The notes under the pieces are model-generated. The model saw only the letters and a program-made list of their open reading frames with translations, was not told the origin of the DNA and did no database searches. Shown here one piece after another: positions 13,280-22,209 of a stretch of DNA of 32,000 nucleotides (positions within the stretch are counted from its first letter, which is position 1; the number at the start of each line of letters is the position of its first letter). The DNA is from Ignicoccus pacificus DSM 13166 (GTDB taxonomy: Archaea; Thermoproteota; Thermoprotei_A; Sulfolobales; Ignicoccaceae), in the NCBI GenBank assembly GCA_025340205.1, contig CP006868.1, positions 60,001 to 92,000 of the forward strand, given 5' to 3'. Made by a program: the position numbers and the translations under genes.

Positions 13280-13981
13280 TTGAGGTGGAGCGTCGAAGGA
13301 TATACGTTTCCGATATTGAAGATACTGTTAGAGGAAGGAGAGGAGGTAATAGCTGAGGCGGGAGCCATGATGCTAATGAAAGGCGTTGACGTGGAGACGA
13401 TACAGATAGACAGTGAAGATAGTCCTTGGTACAAAGCTGCAACCGAAGCAATCGCTCGAAAGCTCTTTACCGGAGAAACGATATTTCACAACAAGTTCAG
13501 GGGTCCCGGAGAGCTTTGGCTCACCTCAAGTCTCCCCGGTCAAATAGAGTACGTGAAGCTAGTAGATGATGAATGGATAATACAAGATTATTCTTATCTC
13601 GCTCACCATGGTGATATAAAGATAGATTTAGCTTGGAAAGGAAAAAGAGGCATCGCCTTAGGAGACCTAATATGGCTAAAGGTAAAGGGAGAGGGAGGTG
13701 TCTGGGTCTCGGCTTATGGTGAACTAAAGTGGTTGGAAGTGAAGGAAGGCGAGGAAGTTATAATAGATAACATGCACTTCGTGGCTATCCCCGAAAATAT
13801 CGACTGGGAGGTGACAAAGCTCAACATGAAGACCTTCGTCTTAGGAGGTGAAGGATACGCGATAAAGGTCAGGGGTCCGGCTAAGGTATTATTGCAGACA
13901 AGGATTTTGCCACCGTTAGCCAAGGCGCTAGCTAGGTTCATGCCGAGCAAGTGGCTCTCACTCGCTGAGAGATTCCTCTAA
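13280..13981 (+). CDS. AIM24/TIGR00266 (DUF124) family protein
   Basis: Family-typical beta-rich pattern: ..EEVIAEAGAMMLMKG.., ..GELWLTSSLPG.., ..LGGEGYAIKVRGPAKVLLQTR. TTG start preceded by AGGTGAG. Confidence 0.78.
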   Translation: MRWSVEGYTFPILKILLEEGEEVIAEAGAMMLMKGVDVETIQIDSEDSPWYKAATEAIARKLFTGETIFHNKFRGPGELWLTSSLPGQIEYVKLVDDEWIIQDYSYLAHHGDIKIDLAWKGKRGIALGDLIWLKVKGEGGVWVSAYGELKWLEVKEGEEVIIDNMHFVAIPENIDWEVTKLNMKTFVLGGEGYAIKVRGPAKVLLQTRILPPLAKALARFMPSKWLSLAERFL

Positions 13982-14020
13982 AATAAAGGCCCTTCAAGTC
14001 GTGAAAAGGGTACGTGGAGC

Positions 14021-15718
14021 TTGGACGTCAGAGAAATAGCGTTAAAGCATGCCTTGAAGAACGCATATACTCACGGCGGTAAGGCACAGCTCAAAGCAGT
14101 GATAACAGCTATCTTAGCCGAAAATCCCGATTTGAGGAAGAACGTGAAATCGATAATACCAATGGTCAAGGAGGTTATTGAAGAAGTAAATAAGATGAGC
14201 TTAGAAGAACAAGAGAGGATATTGAACGAAAAGTTCCCCGAAGCGTTGGAACAGCCGAAGAAAGAGGTCAAGAAGGGTTTACCACCTTTACCTGGAGCCG
14301 AAAAGGGAAAAGTCGTAACGAGGTTTGCACCAAACCCAGACTTCTATATGACCTTGGGTAATGCAAGACCGGCTATCTTGAGCTATGAATACGCGAAGAT
14401 GTATGATGGGAAGTTCATCTTGAGGTTTGAGGATACGGATCCTAGAACTAAGAGGCCTTTGCCAGACGCCTACCAAGCCATTCTAGAGGATTTGGAGTGG
14501 CTTGGGATAAAGCCGAATGAGATATACTATCAGTCACTAAGGATGCCCATTTACTACGACCTATTGAAGAAGCTAATAGAGAAGGGTGGAGCTTATGTCT
14601 GTACTTGTCCTCCAGAGGAGTGGAGGAAGTATAGGGACGCCAAGAAGCCATGTCCCCATAGAAATTCCTCCCCAGAGGAGAACTTGGAATTGTTGGATAA
14701 GATAATGAATGGAGAGTTCGGCGAAGGAGAAGCGGTCGTCAGAGTGAAGACGGATCTGAACCATCCAGACCCCTCCGTGAGGGACTGGGTGGCCTTTAGG
14801 ATAATAGATCCGAACAAACATCCCCATCCTCTTGTTGGGGATAAGTATTGGTTGTGGCCGACGTACAACTTCGCTGCTGGCGTGGATGACTACTTGATGG
14901 GAGTTACTCATATCCTAAGGGCCAGAGAGCATAGACAAAACGAGATCAAGCAGAGCTTCTTATACAAGCATTTCGGCTGGGAGATGCCTAAGGCGATTCA
15001 CTTCGGAAGACTTAAGCTCGAGGGTTTCATACTCTCTAAGAGTAAGATGAGGGAGATGGGGGTAAGGGGCGACGATCCTAGGTTAGCCACGATAAGGGGA
15101 TTGAGGAATAGAGGCTTCGCTCCCGAGGCCATAAGGGAAGTAATGCTCGACGTTGGAGTTAAGAGCAGTGATGCAAGCATAAGCTTCGTTAACTTGGCAG
15201 CAATAAACAGGAAGGTAATAGATCCGAAATCGCCCAGAATAATGTTCGTCGAAAACCCAGTAGAGGCCGTAATAGAGGCTGACGAGGAGTTGGAGGCTGA
15301 AATACCTTGGCATCCGAAGGTACCGGAGATGGGAAGTAGGAAATACAAAGTGAAGCCTGGCGATATTATTTACTTAGATAAGAACGACGTCGTTAGAGCT
15401 GTTAAGAAGGGTGGACTGAGGTTGATGGAACTAGCCAATTTTGAGATAAAAGAATTCGACATCAAGGAAATGAGGTTAAAGTTGAAGATGGTATCTAAGG
15501 ACGTAGAAGATGCTAGGAAGAGAAAGCTGGACATAGTTCAATGGGTGCCCGAAGGAAGGAAGGCAATCCTTTGGAGGCCTAATGAGGGCTTCAGCCTAGG
15601 TATGGTGGAACCTCTGGCGTTCGAGAAAAGGGGGTGGGCACAGCTGATCAGAGTTGGATTCGTTAACATACAAGGGGTAGAAGACGGTACCCTAAAAATG
15701 ATATACCTTCATGATTGA
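14021..15718 (+). CDS. gltX: glutamate--tRNA ligase, archaeal/eukaryotic type
   Basis: RFAPNP....LGNAR, FILRFEDTDP, WPTYNFA..VDD, THILRA.EH, LSKSK (KMSKS equivalent), about 565 aa as in archaeal GluRS. TTG is the only start between the upstream in-frame stop and the conserved core. Confidence 0.92.
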   Translation: MDVREIALKHALKNAYTHGGKAQLKAVITAILAENPDLRKNVKSIIPMVKEVIEEVNKMSLEEQERILNEKFPEALEQPKKEVKKGLPPLPGAEKGKVVTRFAPNPDFYMTLGNARPAILSYEYAKMYDGKFILRFEDTDPRTKRPLPDAYQAILEDLEWLGIKPNEIYYQSLRMPIYYDLLKKLIEKGGAYVCTCPPEEWRKYRDAKKPCPHRNSSPEENLELLDKIMNGEFGEGEAVVRVKTDLNHPDPSVRDWVAFRIIDPNKHPHPLVGDKYWLWPTYNFAAGVDDYLMGVTHILRAREHRQNEIKQSFLYKHFGWEMPKAIHFGRLKLEGFILSKSKMREMGVRGDDPRLATIRGLRNRGFAPEAIREVMLDVGVKSSDASISFVNLAAINRKVIDPKSPRIMFVENPVEAVIEADEELEAEIPWHPKVPEMGSRKYKVKPGDIIYLDKNDVVRAVKKGGLRLMELANFEIKEFDIKEMRLKLKMVSKDVEDARKRKLDIVQWVPEGRKAILWRPNEGFSLGMVEPLAFEKRGWAQLIRVGFVNIQGVEDGTLKMIYLHD

Positions 15719-16140
15719 GATCTCTTCTTTTTAACGCACTTGCCCAATGCCTTAGCCATAGCTATCAGTAGTCCTAGCCCCATCATCACGTCTGGATCTC
15801 TCAAGGCCCTCATTAGCCCCATTAAACCTACTGGTTCCGCCTTCTCCACCTCCTCCGAGGCTAGGGCCTCGAACGCACATTCGCTCAAGTTCTGCATGCT
15901 CAGTTTAAGCCTTATCGCGTCGACGTTCTCCATACCATTCAGCATCGCTTCTCCCAGCGTCATGGCATGGAATAACCTCCTATCTTGTGCTAAGAAGGTC
16001 ATTAGATCCTCGTACCTTTCTACAATAGCCTTCATCATGTCTAGTAATCCGGTTTCCTTGAGCTTTGCTAACATTTCCAGTAGTTCTTCCATGGCCTTAG
16101 TTGCATCTTCTATGTTTTCTATCTCCTTCTTCTCTACCAT
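15709..16140 (-). CDS. DUF1641-type small helical protein (second copy)
   Basis: Paralog of 523..972. ATG preceded by GGGGGTGAT, 14 nt after the stop of 16155..17330. Confidence 0.8.
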   Translation of the reverse strand: MVEKKEIENIEDATKAMEELLEMLAKLKETGLLDMMKAIVERYEDLMTFLAQDRRLFHAMTLGEAMLNGMENVDAIRLKLSMQNLSECAFEALASEEVEKAEPVGLMGLMRALRDPDVMMGLGLLIAMAKALGKCVKKKRSQS

Positions 16141-16154
16141 TATTTATCACCCCC

Positions 16155-17330
16155 TTACTTAAGGGACCAAATCCAGCCTAGATAGAAAGATAACTTCATC
16201 GACTTGATTAGGGGACTGGTGAACGCTACGTACTTCTTCGCAGTGGCAGTTCCGTCACCATTGTCGTAGATTTCGAAGGATATGAGCAGACCGGTAGGCC
16301 CGAAGTCGGCTACCAGAGGCACTTGCCTAGGGAACCTTATCGTGGCTCTGACTCCAGTTATGTCAGCTATTAGCTGGTCGGCTGCTGCTACCGCTGCCTC
16401 GTGAACCACCACGCCAGCTGGTGGGAGACCTACGCATGGCAGAGAGGCGTCGGTAGGAACGAAGACGTCGTCGTACTTGGGGTTCCTGAAGCTTGGGAAG
16501 ACGGCCGCCATAACCCTTTCAGGGTCGTTCTTGCAGAGAAGGTCGTCCACCCCTTCAACTGCCTTTGGGACTCTGGTTGGGGGAGCATAAATTAGTAAGT
16601 CATATTTCATTTCTCCATCTTCGAATATTATCTTATCGTCCTTAACTTCCACAGTTTTCTTGCCTACGTGATACTCGATGTTCTTAAACTGAGAGTGAAT
16701 CCTATGAACAGTCATCGGTATTTCGTTGAACACCTCGATTATCTTGTTCATATTGAGTAAGTGGACCAGATGTACCTTGTAGGGCTTCCCCTTCCTCTCG
16801 GCGAAATAAGCTAGCTTCGCTGCAATTTCGAAGGGATAACCCGGACAGCGGTGGGGGAAGTCGGGTACTAGCACAACTATATCCCCTCCCTTGAACTTCG
16901 CTAAGGCTTCCCTCATCCTCAAGGCTCCTTCCAAGGAGTAGTTGTGGTAACCGTGCTCAGCCAGTCCGGGAATTACCTCTGGAGCGTTCCTCACTCCTAG
17001 GCAGATGAAGAGGTAGTCGTAGTTGAAGGTCTTGCCTCCCTTAGTGGTCACCCTTCTGTTAGCTGGGTCGACCTTGGTTACTTCGTCGAGAACCAAGTTA
17101 GCGTGGTATCTCTCAGCGATAGTCTTAACCGGACCCCTTATCTCATCGACCTCAACCTCTCCTAGAGCTAGATCAGCAAATAGGGGAGGGAAGTAGTGCC
17201 ATTCACTGTTGGTTATTATTGTAGCCTCTACTTCCTCCGGTCCCAGCTTTTCTCTGAGTCTTCTCAGTCCAATGAGAGTGCACGGTCCACCTCCCAAAAA
17301 GAGAACTTTCTTTGCCATGCCTTTCGCCAT
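16155..17330 (-). CDS. SQR-like NAD(FAD)-dependent pyridine nucleotide-disulfide oxidoreductase (complete copy)
   Basis: N-terminal dinucleotide fold VLFLGGGPCTLIG, conserved HRCPGYPFE segment, C-terminal block shared with 2..511. Alternative start ATG 17318. Confidence 0.88.
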   Translation of the reverse strand: MAKGMAKKVLFLGGGPCTLIGLRRLREKLGPEEVEATIITNSEWHYFPPLFADLALGEVEVDEIRGPVKTIAERYHANLVLDEVTKVDPANRRVTTKGGKTFNYDYLFICLGVRNAPEVIPGLAEHGYHNYSLEGALRMREALAKFKGGDIVVLVPDFPHRCPGYPFEIAAKLAYFAERKGKPYKVHLVHLLNMNKIIEVFNEIPMTVHRIHSQFKNIEYHVGKKTVEVKDDKIIFEDGEMKYDLLIYAPPTRVPKAVEGVDDLLCKNDPERVMAAVFPSFRNPKYDDVFVPTDASLPCVGLPPAGVVVHEAAVAAADQLIADITGVRATIRFPRQVPLVADFGPTGLLISFEIYDNGDGTATAKKYVAFTSPLIKSMKLSFYLGWIWSLK

Positions 17331-17334
17331 GTAA

Positions 17335-17392
17335 AATAATTTCTCATGAAATTATTGATTGAGTGCATAGACTGTCTAATCGGTCAATCAAT
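17335..17392. promoter_or_regulatory. two nested palindromes immediately upstream of 16155..17330
   Basis: AATAATTTC-tcat-GAAATTATT (17335-17356, 9/9 arms). ATTGATTGA-N21-TCAATCAAT (arms 17354-17362 and 17384-17392, 9/9). They occupy the region where a TATA box and operator would lie for a gene starting at 17330. Confidence 0.3.
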
Positions 17393-17458
17393 GGATTCAA
17401 TTCAAATAAAGTAGTTTAACCGGTAAGTCAAGAAACATTTAAATACGGATTCAAAACT

Positions 17459-17815
17459 TCAAGAGGAGGCTTTTAAATATTCTTCAACTTTCTTTAGTGC
17501 CTCCTCAACGCTCGTTTTTGGTTCCACATGCACTACCTTCTTCCCATGCTTTTTCATGAACTCTTCTCCTCCAGGACCGAAGAACGTGTAAACGAAGACG
17601 TCGCATCTCTCGTTTAAATTAAGTATTTCTTTCCTCTTTTTCATGGTTGCATGTTCGTGTCCATGATCTTCATCTTCTTTAAAAGGATTTTCCACCTTCT
17701 CCATGAGCCTCCACTTGCCATTCTCATAAACAAAATGAAGGTAATACTTAGCATCACCAAAGTGACCTAGCTTTACAGTTCTCTCGTCATCCGTAGGAAT
17801 GACCACGCAGATCAT
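17459..17815 (-). CDS. NifB/NifX-type (dinitrogenase FeMo-cofactor biosynthesis domain) family protein
   Basis: MICVVIPTDD...LGHFGDAKYY pattern (HFG.A), family-typical size of about 118 aa. The ORF-track GTG 17824 is the alternative start. Confidence 0.78.
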   Translation of the reverse strand: MICVVIPTDDERTVKLGHFGDAKYYLHFVYENGKWRLMEKVENPFKEDEDHGHEHATMKKRKEILNLNERCDVFVYTFFGPGGEEFMKKHGKKVVHVEPKTSVEEALKKVEEYLKASS

Positions 17816-17855
17816 AGCTCTCACGAGTTAGGCATCCCTAAGGGGTTAGAAATAC

Positions 17856-18668
17856 CTAATTGGGCAGGTAAGCGGGCTGGGTAGGGAGATCGGCTACTAT
17901 CGGTTTTCCGAACTCACTCAATGCCTCTAGTACGTCCTCAACCTTGTCTGGCTCCACCAAGCTGACGTAAGATGGTCCGTTTCCCGAGACGGCGGAGGCT
18001 AGTGCTCCAGATTCTATGGCCTTCTGGATAGGTTTTGCTGAATAATTGAGCGCGGCTGCCACAAGTAGGCCGTTAAACGTCATCGCCTCAAAGGGATCCT
18101 CCTCTATCATCTTGAATACCTTTCCGAACTCCTTCTTGAACGCCTTCAATCTTCTAGATACCTCCTCGAAGGACATCCCCCTTCCTCCCTTCGGGAGGAC
18201 CACTGCTTTGAGGCCCTTCAGCATAATTCTCTTTAGTATAATCATATTCCTGTTATCGGTCACCACTAATCCACCTAACAAGCTTGCAGAGGCGTCATCA
18301 AAGGCTCCGGTAACGGTTACTCCGGCCCTCTTTGAGGCAGCGACGGACATCTTCAGCACCATGTAAGGCGAAGGTGATAATCCGCAGAGCTTCAGGAGGG
18401 CTAACGTCATCGCGTTTGCTGCAGCCGAGGAGGACTTAAGCCCCCCACCAGCGGGTATCTCTGATTCGGTCCAAACCCTCACGTTGCCTAACTCACAGAC
18501 CTTACTAACCTCGTTTATCACTTCCCTAGCTAGAGCATTAGGATAGCTCATTTCATCGCTTTTAACAGCATAAGCTTTAACTCTCAAGTTTATCGCAAAT
18601 GCCGCCCCTTTCCAAGTAGCTATGGCGTTTAGGACAGAGCCCCCACCGTAGGCAAAGGCCTCTACCAA
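17856..18668 (-). CDS. aroK: shikimate kinase, archaeal GHMP-kinase type
   Basis: GGGSVLNAIATWKGAAFAI, GHMP motif GGGLKSSSAAANA, VTGAFDDASASLLGG, AVSGNGPSYV, collinear with the Methanocaldococcus-type enzyme. TTG start preceded by GAGGGTGAG, 10 nt after the upstream stop. Confidence 0.85.
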   Translation of the reverse strand: MVEAFAYGGGSVLNAIATWKGAAFAINLRVKAYAVKSDEMSYPNALAREVINEVSKVCELGNVRVWTESEIPAGGGLKSSSAAANAMTLALLKLCGLSPSPYMVLKMSVAASKRAGVTVTGAFDDASASLLGGLVVTDNRNMIILKRIMLKGLKAVVLPKGGRGMSFEEVSRRLKAFKKEFGKVFKMIEEDPFEAMTFNGLLVAAALNYSAKPIQKAIESGALASAVSGNGPSYVSLVEPDKVEDVLEALSEFGKPIVADLPTQPAYLPN

Positions 18669-18678
18669 CGTCTCACCC

Positions 18679-19443
18679 TCACGTCAAGTCTCCACAACTG
18701 CAGTAGACCTCATGGATCAGGTCGTAAAGTTCTTTCATTCCTTCGCCGGTCTTAGCTGAGACAGCTAAGGCCCTCTCTGAAGGGGAGTACTTCTCAGCAA
18801 CTTGAGCTAGGTCTAATAACATATCTCCAGCTATTCCTCCGACCTTGTCCGCGACCATCTTGGCGAATTCTTCAGGGTTCTCGATAAGCATCCTAACTAC
18901 GTCCAGCTCTTGGTCGCTAAGTAGATCTATCTTGTTAATTACAGTAACTACTTGTAGCTCCACTTTCGACTGCAGTATTAGACTCAATAAATACGACGTC
19001 ATCAAGTCTTCTGGGCTTTTAGCAAGAGAACCATCGACTATGTATATCAAGAGAACGGGTTTCATCATTTCGAGTCTCTTTAAGAACTTCGTCCCCTCTG
19101 GTCTGAACATGAACATCTCCAACTGGCCTGGTGTGTCTATTAACACATAGTCGTAGAATCCCGTAAACGCTGGATCCCTAACGATCTTCCTCTCATACTC
19201 ACCTAAGAGCTCTGCAGCCTTCAAGAAGGCGCCGTTTGGCCCTAATCCGTATCTTCTCATTATATCTCTTATGGTGAAGAACTTCCTTATGTCGAAGTTA
19301 GGTTCATATGGCAGAACCTCCGCTCCGGGATCCAAGTTGATTACGCTAAGCCTTAGCCCTACCTCCTCTTTCATCCACTTACTTAACGTTGCAACTAGAG
19401 AGCTCTTTCCGGAACCGGCGGTGCCGGCGAATACCAAGAACAT
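18679..19443 (-). CDS. GPN-loop GTPase family protein
   Basis: P-loop FAGTAGSGKSS right at the N-terminus when started at ATG 19443. NLDPGAE (GPN-loop region), IDTPGQLEMF, NKID. The 54 extra N-terminal codons in the ORF track overlap the divergent gene and are not family-like. Confidence 0.88.
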   Translation of the reverse strand: MFLVFAGTAGSGKSSLVATLSKWMKEEVGLRLSVINLDPGAEVLPYEPNFDIRKFFTIRDIMRRYGLGPNGAFLKAAELLGEYERKIVRDPAFTGFYDYVLIDTPGQLEMFMFRPEGTKFLKRLEMMKPVLLIYIVDGSLAKSPEDLMTSYLLSLILQSKVELQVVTVINKIDLLSDQELDVVRMLIENPEEFAKMVADKVGGIAGDMLLDLAQVAEKYSPSERALAVSAKTGEGMKELYDLIHEVYCSCGDLT

Positions 19444-19534
19444 TTTCTCACCCCTGAAAGCTCCGGGTAGAGGTTTAGGAAGCTCTAACCTAAGGTCTTG
19501 AACCTCAAGAGATAACAACTTCAGGGACGAAGGG

Positions 19535-20722
19535 ATGCTCTCAGTAATCATCCTAGCTGCTGGGAAAGGCGAGAGGATGAGGCCGCTGACCTCCACCAGA
19601 CCCAAGCCGCTTCTTCCGGTAGTGCTCGGAGAGACGTTGCTAGATAGATGGATAAGGAGCGTGAACGAGAAAGCAAGCGAGATAATCGTAGTTGCTAAGG
19701 AAAAGATCGATATAATAGCAGAGCACTTGAAAGAGCGTTATCCAGACGTAAAGTTAGTTGAGCAAGGGGAAGAAAAGGGAACAGGAGCAGCGCTTCGATA
19801 TGGCTTGAAAGCAACAAGGGGCGATGAGGTATTAGTGATCTTCTCGGATATTTACCTTCAGAGACCCAAGGAGAACTTAGAACGCCTTCTAAAGGAAGTC
19901 CCCTCGCTATTGGCCTACGAGGTGGACGACGTAAGCCAGTTTGGTGCACTGAGAGTGGAAAACGGCATCGTGAAGGAGGTTTTGGAGAAGAAGGGCAAAG
20001 GGAGAGGGCTGATCTTTGCTGGATTAATGGTAGCCAAGAAAAGCGAACTAGTCAAAGTATTGGATAATTTGAATATATCGGAGAGAGGAGAATACGAGCT
20101 AACTCAAGCGATCCCGAGCCTCGAAATGAAGCCCGTCAAGGTGGAGGGAGGATGGGTTGACGTGGGAAGACCTTGGGACGTATTCGAAGTGAGCAAGCTT
20201 GAAATGGAGATCATTGATGGAATGGAAAATCCTTGGGGTCCCGGGAAGATCTATGGTACCAAGCCGAAGGTGAAGGGAGATGTGTACGTAGAAGGTCCGG
20301 TGTTCTTCGGGGAAGACGTGGAAATAGGTCCTTATTCTCATATTAGACCATATACGGTCTTGTTGAAGGGAGTTAAGGTAGGTCCATTCGTTCAGATAAA
20401 GAACTCATACGTAATGGAATATAGTAGGCTTCCCCACTTGAACTACATCGGCGATAGCGTTGTGGCTGAAGACGTTAACTTCGGGGCTGGATCTATAACG
20501 GCCAACTTGAGGTTTGATGAAAGACCAGTAAAGGTTACATTGAAAGGAGAGAGGGTGAACAGCGGTAGAAGAAAGCTCGGAGCGATCGTTGGAGCTCATG
20601 CTAGGATAGGGATAAACGTCAGTCTCATGCCCGGCGTTAAGGTAGGCGCCTACAGCTGGATTTATCCGGGATGTGTGGTGACGAGGGACGTGGAGGACGG
20701 TGAGAGGTACAAGTGCTGGTGA
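19535..20722 (+). CDS. bifunctional sugar-1-phosphate nucleotidylyltransferase / acetyltransferase (GlmU-like, ST0452-type)
   Basis: N-terminal ILAAGKGERMRPLTSTRPKPLLPV nucleotidyltransferase signature. C-terminal left-handed beta-helix hexapeptide repeats (..IGDSVVAEDVNFGAGSITANL..IGINVSLMPGVKVG..). Confidence 0.9.
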   Translation: MLSVIILAAGKGERMRPLTSTRPKPLLPVVLGETLLDRWIRSVNEKASEIIVVAKEKIDIIAEHLKERYPDVKLVEQGEEKGTGAALRYGLKATRGDEVLVIFSDIYLQRPKENLERLLKEVPSLLAYEVDDVSQFGALRVENGIVKEVLEKKGKGRGLIFAGLMVAKKSELVKVLDNLNISERGEYELTQAIPSLEMKPVKVEGGWVDVGRPWDVFEVSKLEMEIIDGMENPWGPGKIYGTKPKVKGDVYVEGPVFFGEDVEIGPYSHIRPYTVLLKGVKVGPFVQIKNSYVMEYSRLPHLNYIGDSVVAEDVNFGAGSITANLRFDERPVKVTLKGERVNSGRRKLGAIVGAHARIGINVSLMPGVKVGAYSWIYPGCVVTRDVEDGERYKCW

Positions 20723-20809
20723 TGAGGAGGCCGTCCCAGAGCGAGGGATGAGCTGTAGCAAACCAACCGAACCTCTACATATATAGCTCCTCTCGTCGCC
20801 TCCATCGCA

Positions 20810-21847
20810 ATGAACGCGCTCTACGAGGCATTACTAGCGCTTTGGGAGGGAAGAGAGCCAAACTACAGTCTAGTACTAGGTACAGAGGGCGGGAGTGAAG
20901 GAGCGGTAAGGGAACTCGTGTCCTCTTTATGGGTTAAGTGCTACAATGAAGGGAAGAGAAGGATCTGCGTGTACTCATATAAGAGGATACCGAAACATCC
21001 CATACCCCTGCTGCTGGACGCCAGGGGAACGGTGATCTCGTGGGATAAGGACGGTCCTCACTTGCTGGCTTATCCCTTTCACAAGTTCTTTAACGTAGGT
21101 GAGATCGATTATCCTAATGGAACGCCTCTCTATGCATTCGAAAAACTGGATGGAACAATGATAAGTGTCTTCTGGGACGGCGAAAGGCTTAGGGCTGCTA
21201 CGAGGAAGAGGATGGACATAGATTCCCCCTTCGCCTCAAAGGCCTTGGAGATGCTGGATAACTTCGATCCTAAGGGACATACCTATGTCTTTGAGCTTCT
21301 TGGGCCCGGATGTGGTAGTCCATGGGTTGGAGTGAGGGAGGAAGTCGATGAACTCTTGATCAAAGAGGGTGGCTGGAGACTTGTACCCTTAGCTAAGAGG
21401 AATATGAATGATTTGAAGCTCTTCCCCCTACCAGGCCCTAGATCCTTCAGGGTAAGAGACTGGGGGGAAGCGAAGGAGATAGCCGAAAGAGAGGGTATAG
21501 AAGGAATGGTACTCTGGTATGAAGAAGGGACTGTAAGGCCGAAGATGTATAAGGTGAAGTCAAAGAGATACTCCAATTTAATAGAATTACTAAACCAAGG
21601 ATATTCCGGTTTAGCAAGAATAATATTAAAAGGAAAACTGGATGATATTGCCAGGTTCCTTGACAAAAGAGTCTACGAAAAGGCAAAACTCATCGAGGAA
21701 AAGCTTGATGAGATAACGAAAGCGACGATAAGCGGCTTTATCGAAGACGAGGACGTCAAGGAGTGGTTGAGTATCGATCCGGAGAGAGCGGTAGAGGAGG
21801 TGGTGAAGAAGTGCCTGCGGGAGAACTGCCGAGAACTGTTATCGTAG
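20810..21847 (+). CDS. RNA ligase of the T4 Rnl1 (RnlA) family
   Basis: Collinear with T4 Rnl1 as I recall it. Pre-motif CVYSY...ARG.V....FHKFFNVGE. Motif I FEKLDGTM (K112, codon 21143-21145). Motif III YVFELLG, motif IV EGMVLW, motif V KMYKVKSKRY. Helical C-terminal domain with ...IILKGKLDDIARFL. Confidence 0.8.
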   Translation: MNALYEALLALWEGREPNYSLVLGTEGGSEGAVRELVSSLWVKCYNEGKRRICVYSYKRIPKHPIPLLLDARGTVISWDKDGPHLLAYPFHKFFNVGEIDYPNGTPLYAFEKLDGTMISVFWDGERLRAATRKRMDIDSPFASKALEMLDNFDPKGHTYVFELLGPGCGSPWVGVREEVDELLIKEGGWRLVPLAKRNMNDLKLFPLPGPRSFRVRDWGEAKEIAEREGIEGMVLWYEEGTVRPKMYKVKSKRYSNLIELLNQGYSGLARIILKGKLDDIARFLDKRVYEKAKLIEEKLDEITKATISGFIEDEDVKEWLSIDPERAVEEVVKKCLRENCRELLS

Positions 21848-22209
21848 CTACTTGTAGGCCTGGCAAGGAGTTCAGAGCATCTGAGGAGTTAATGGATATC
21901 ATCATGCCTTTTGACACTACTGTAATGATTAGCGAATATGGTAAGGGAGTGGTGGTGGGAAGTAGTAAGCTAAAACCCAATGTGCTTAAGAATATATTAA
22001 CAGGGAAGATATCATCTTACGTCAACTATATCTACTTAGCAAACGAGTTATGTGATAATTGTAACGCCATAAAGAAGGGATGTTTAAAGGTCGTAAAAGA
22101 TGGTAAGGAGGGTATTTGTATTGGGAAGTGCGTCTTAAGGATAAAGCTTGTCATGAAGGCGAGGAATGGTATTATTAGAGAAATTGAATGGGACAACAAT
22201 GGGAAATAA
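21811..22209 (+). CDS. small hypothetical protein, beta-alpha N-terminal half plus Cys-rich C-terminal half (CDNC-x6-C ... C-x-x-x-C)
   Basis: GTG 21811 preceded by GGAGGTG 8 nt upstream and overlapping the ligase 3' end by 37 nt. The ORF-track start is GTG 21763. No His residues and no family recognised. Confidence 0.5.
   Translation: MPAGELPRTVIVATCRPGKEFRASEELMDIIMPFDTTVMISEYGKGVVVGSSKLKPNVLKNILTGKISSYVNYIYLANELCDNCNAIKKGCLKVVKDGKEGICIGKCVLRIKLVMKARNGIIREIEWDNNGK

Noticed and set aside
13194-13451. 86-codon N-terminal extension of the permease ORF (ORF track 11814..13451)
   Set aside because: The extension is Ser/Leu/Pro-rich and non-hydrophobic. It overlaps the divergent AIM24-family gene and would remove the shared promoter region. 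The APC TM1 signature begins right after ATG 13193 or 13166.
17346-17414. 22-codon micro-ORF (MKLLIECIDCLIGQSMDSIQIK) on the plus strand in the SQR-like gene's upstream spacer
   Set aside because: No SD or TATA in the proper position. It is composed of the palindromic operator-like sequence itself, and is too short to evaluate without conservation data.
19444-19605. 54-codon N-terminal extension of the GPN-loop GTPase ORF
   Set aside because: The family P-loop lies within the first roughly 15 residues in homologs. The extension overlaps the divergent nucleotidyltransferase gene start and leaves no promoter space.
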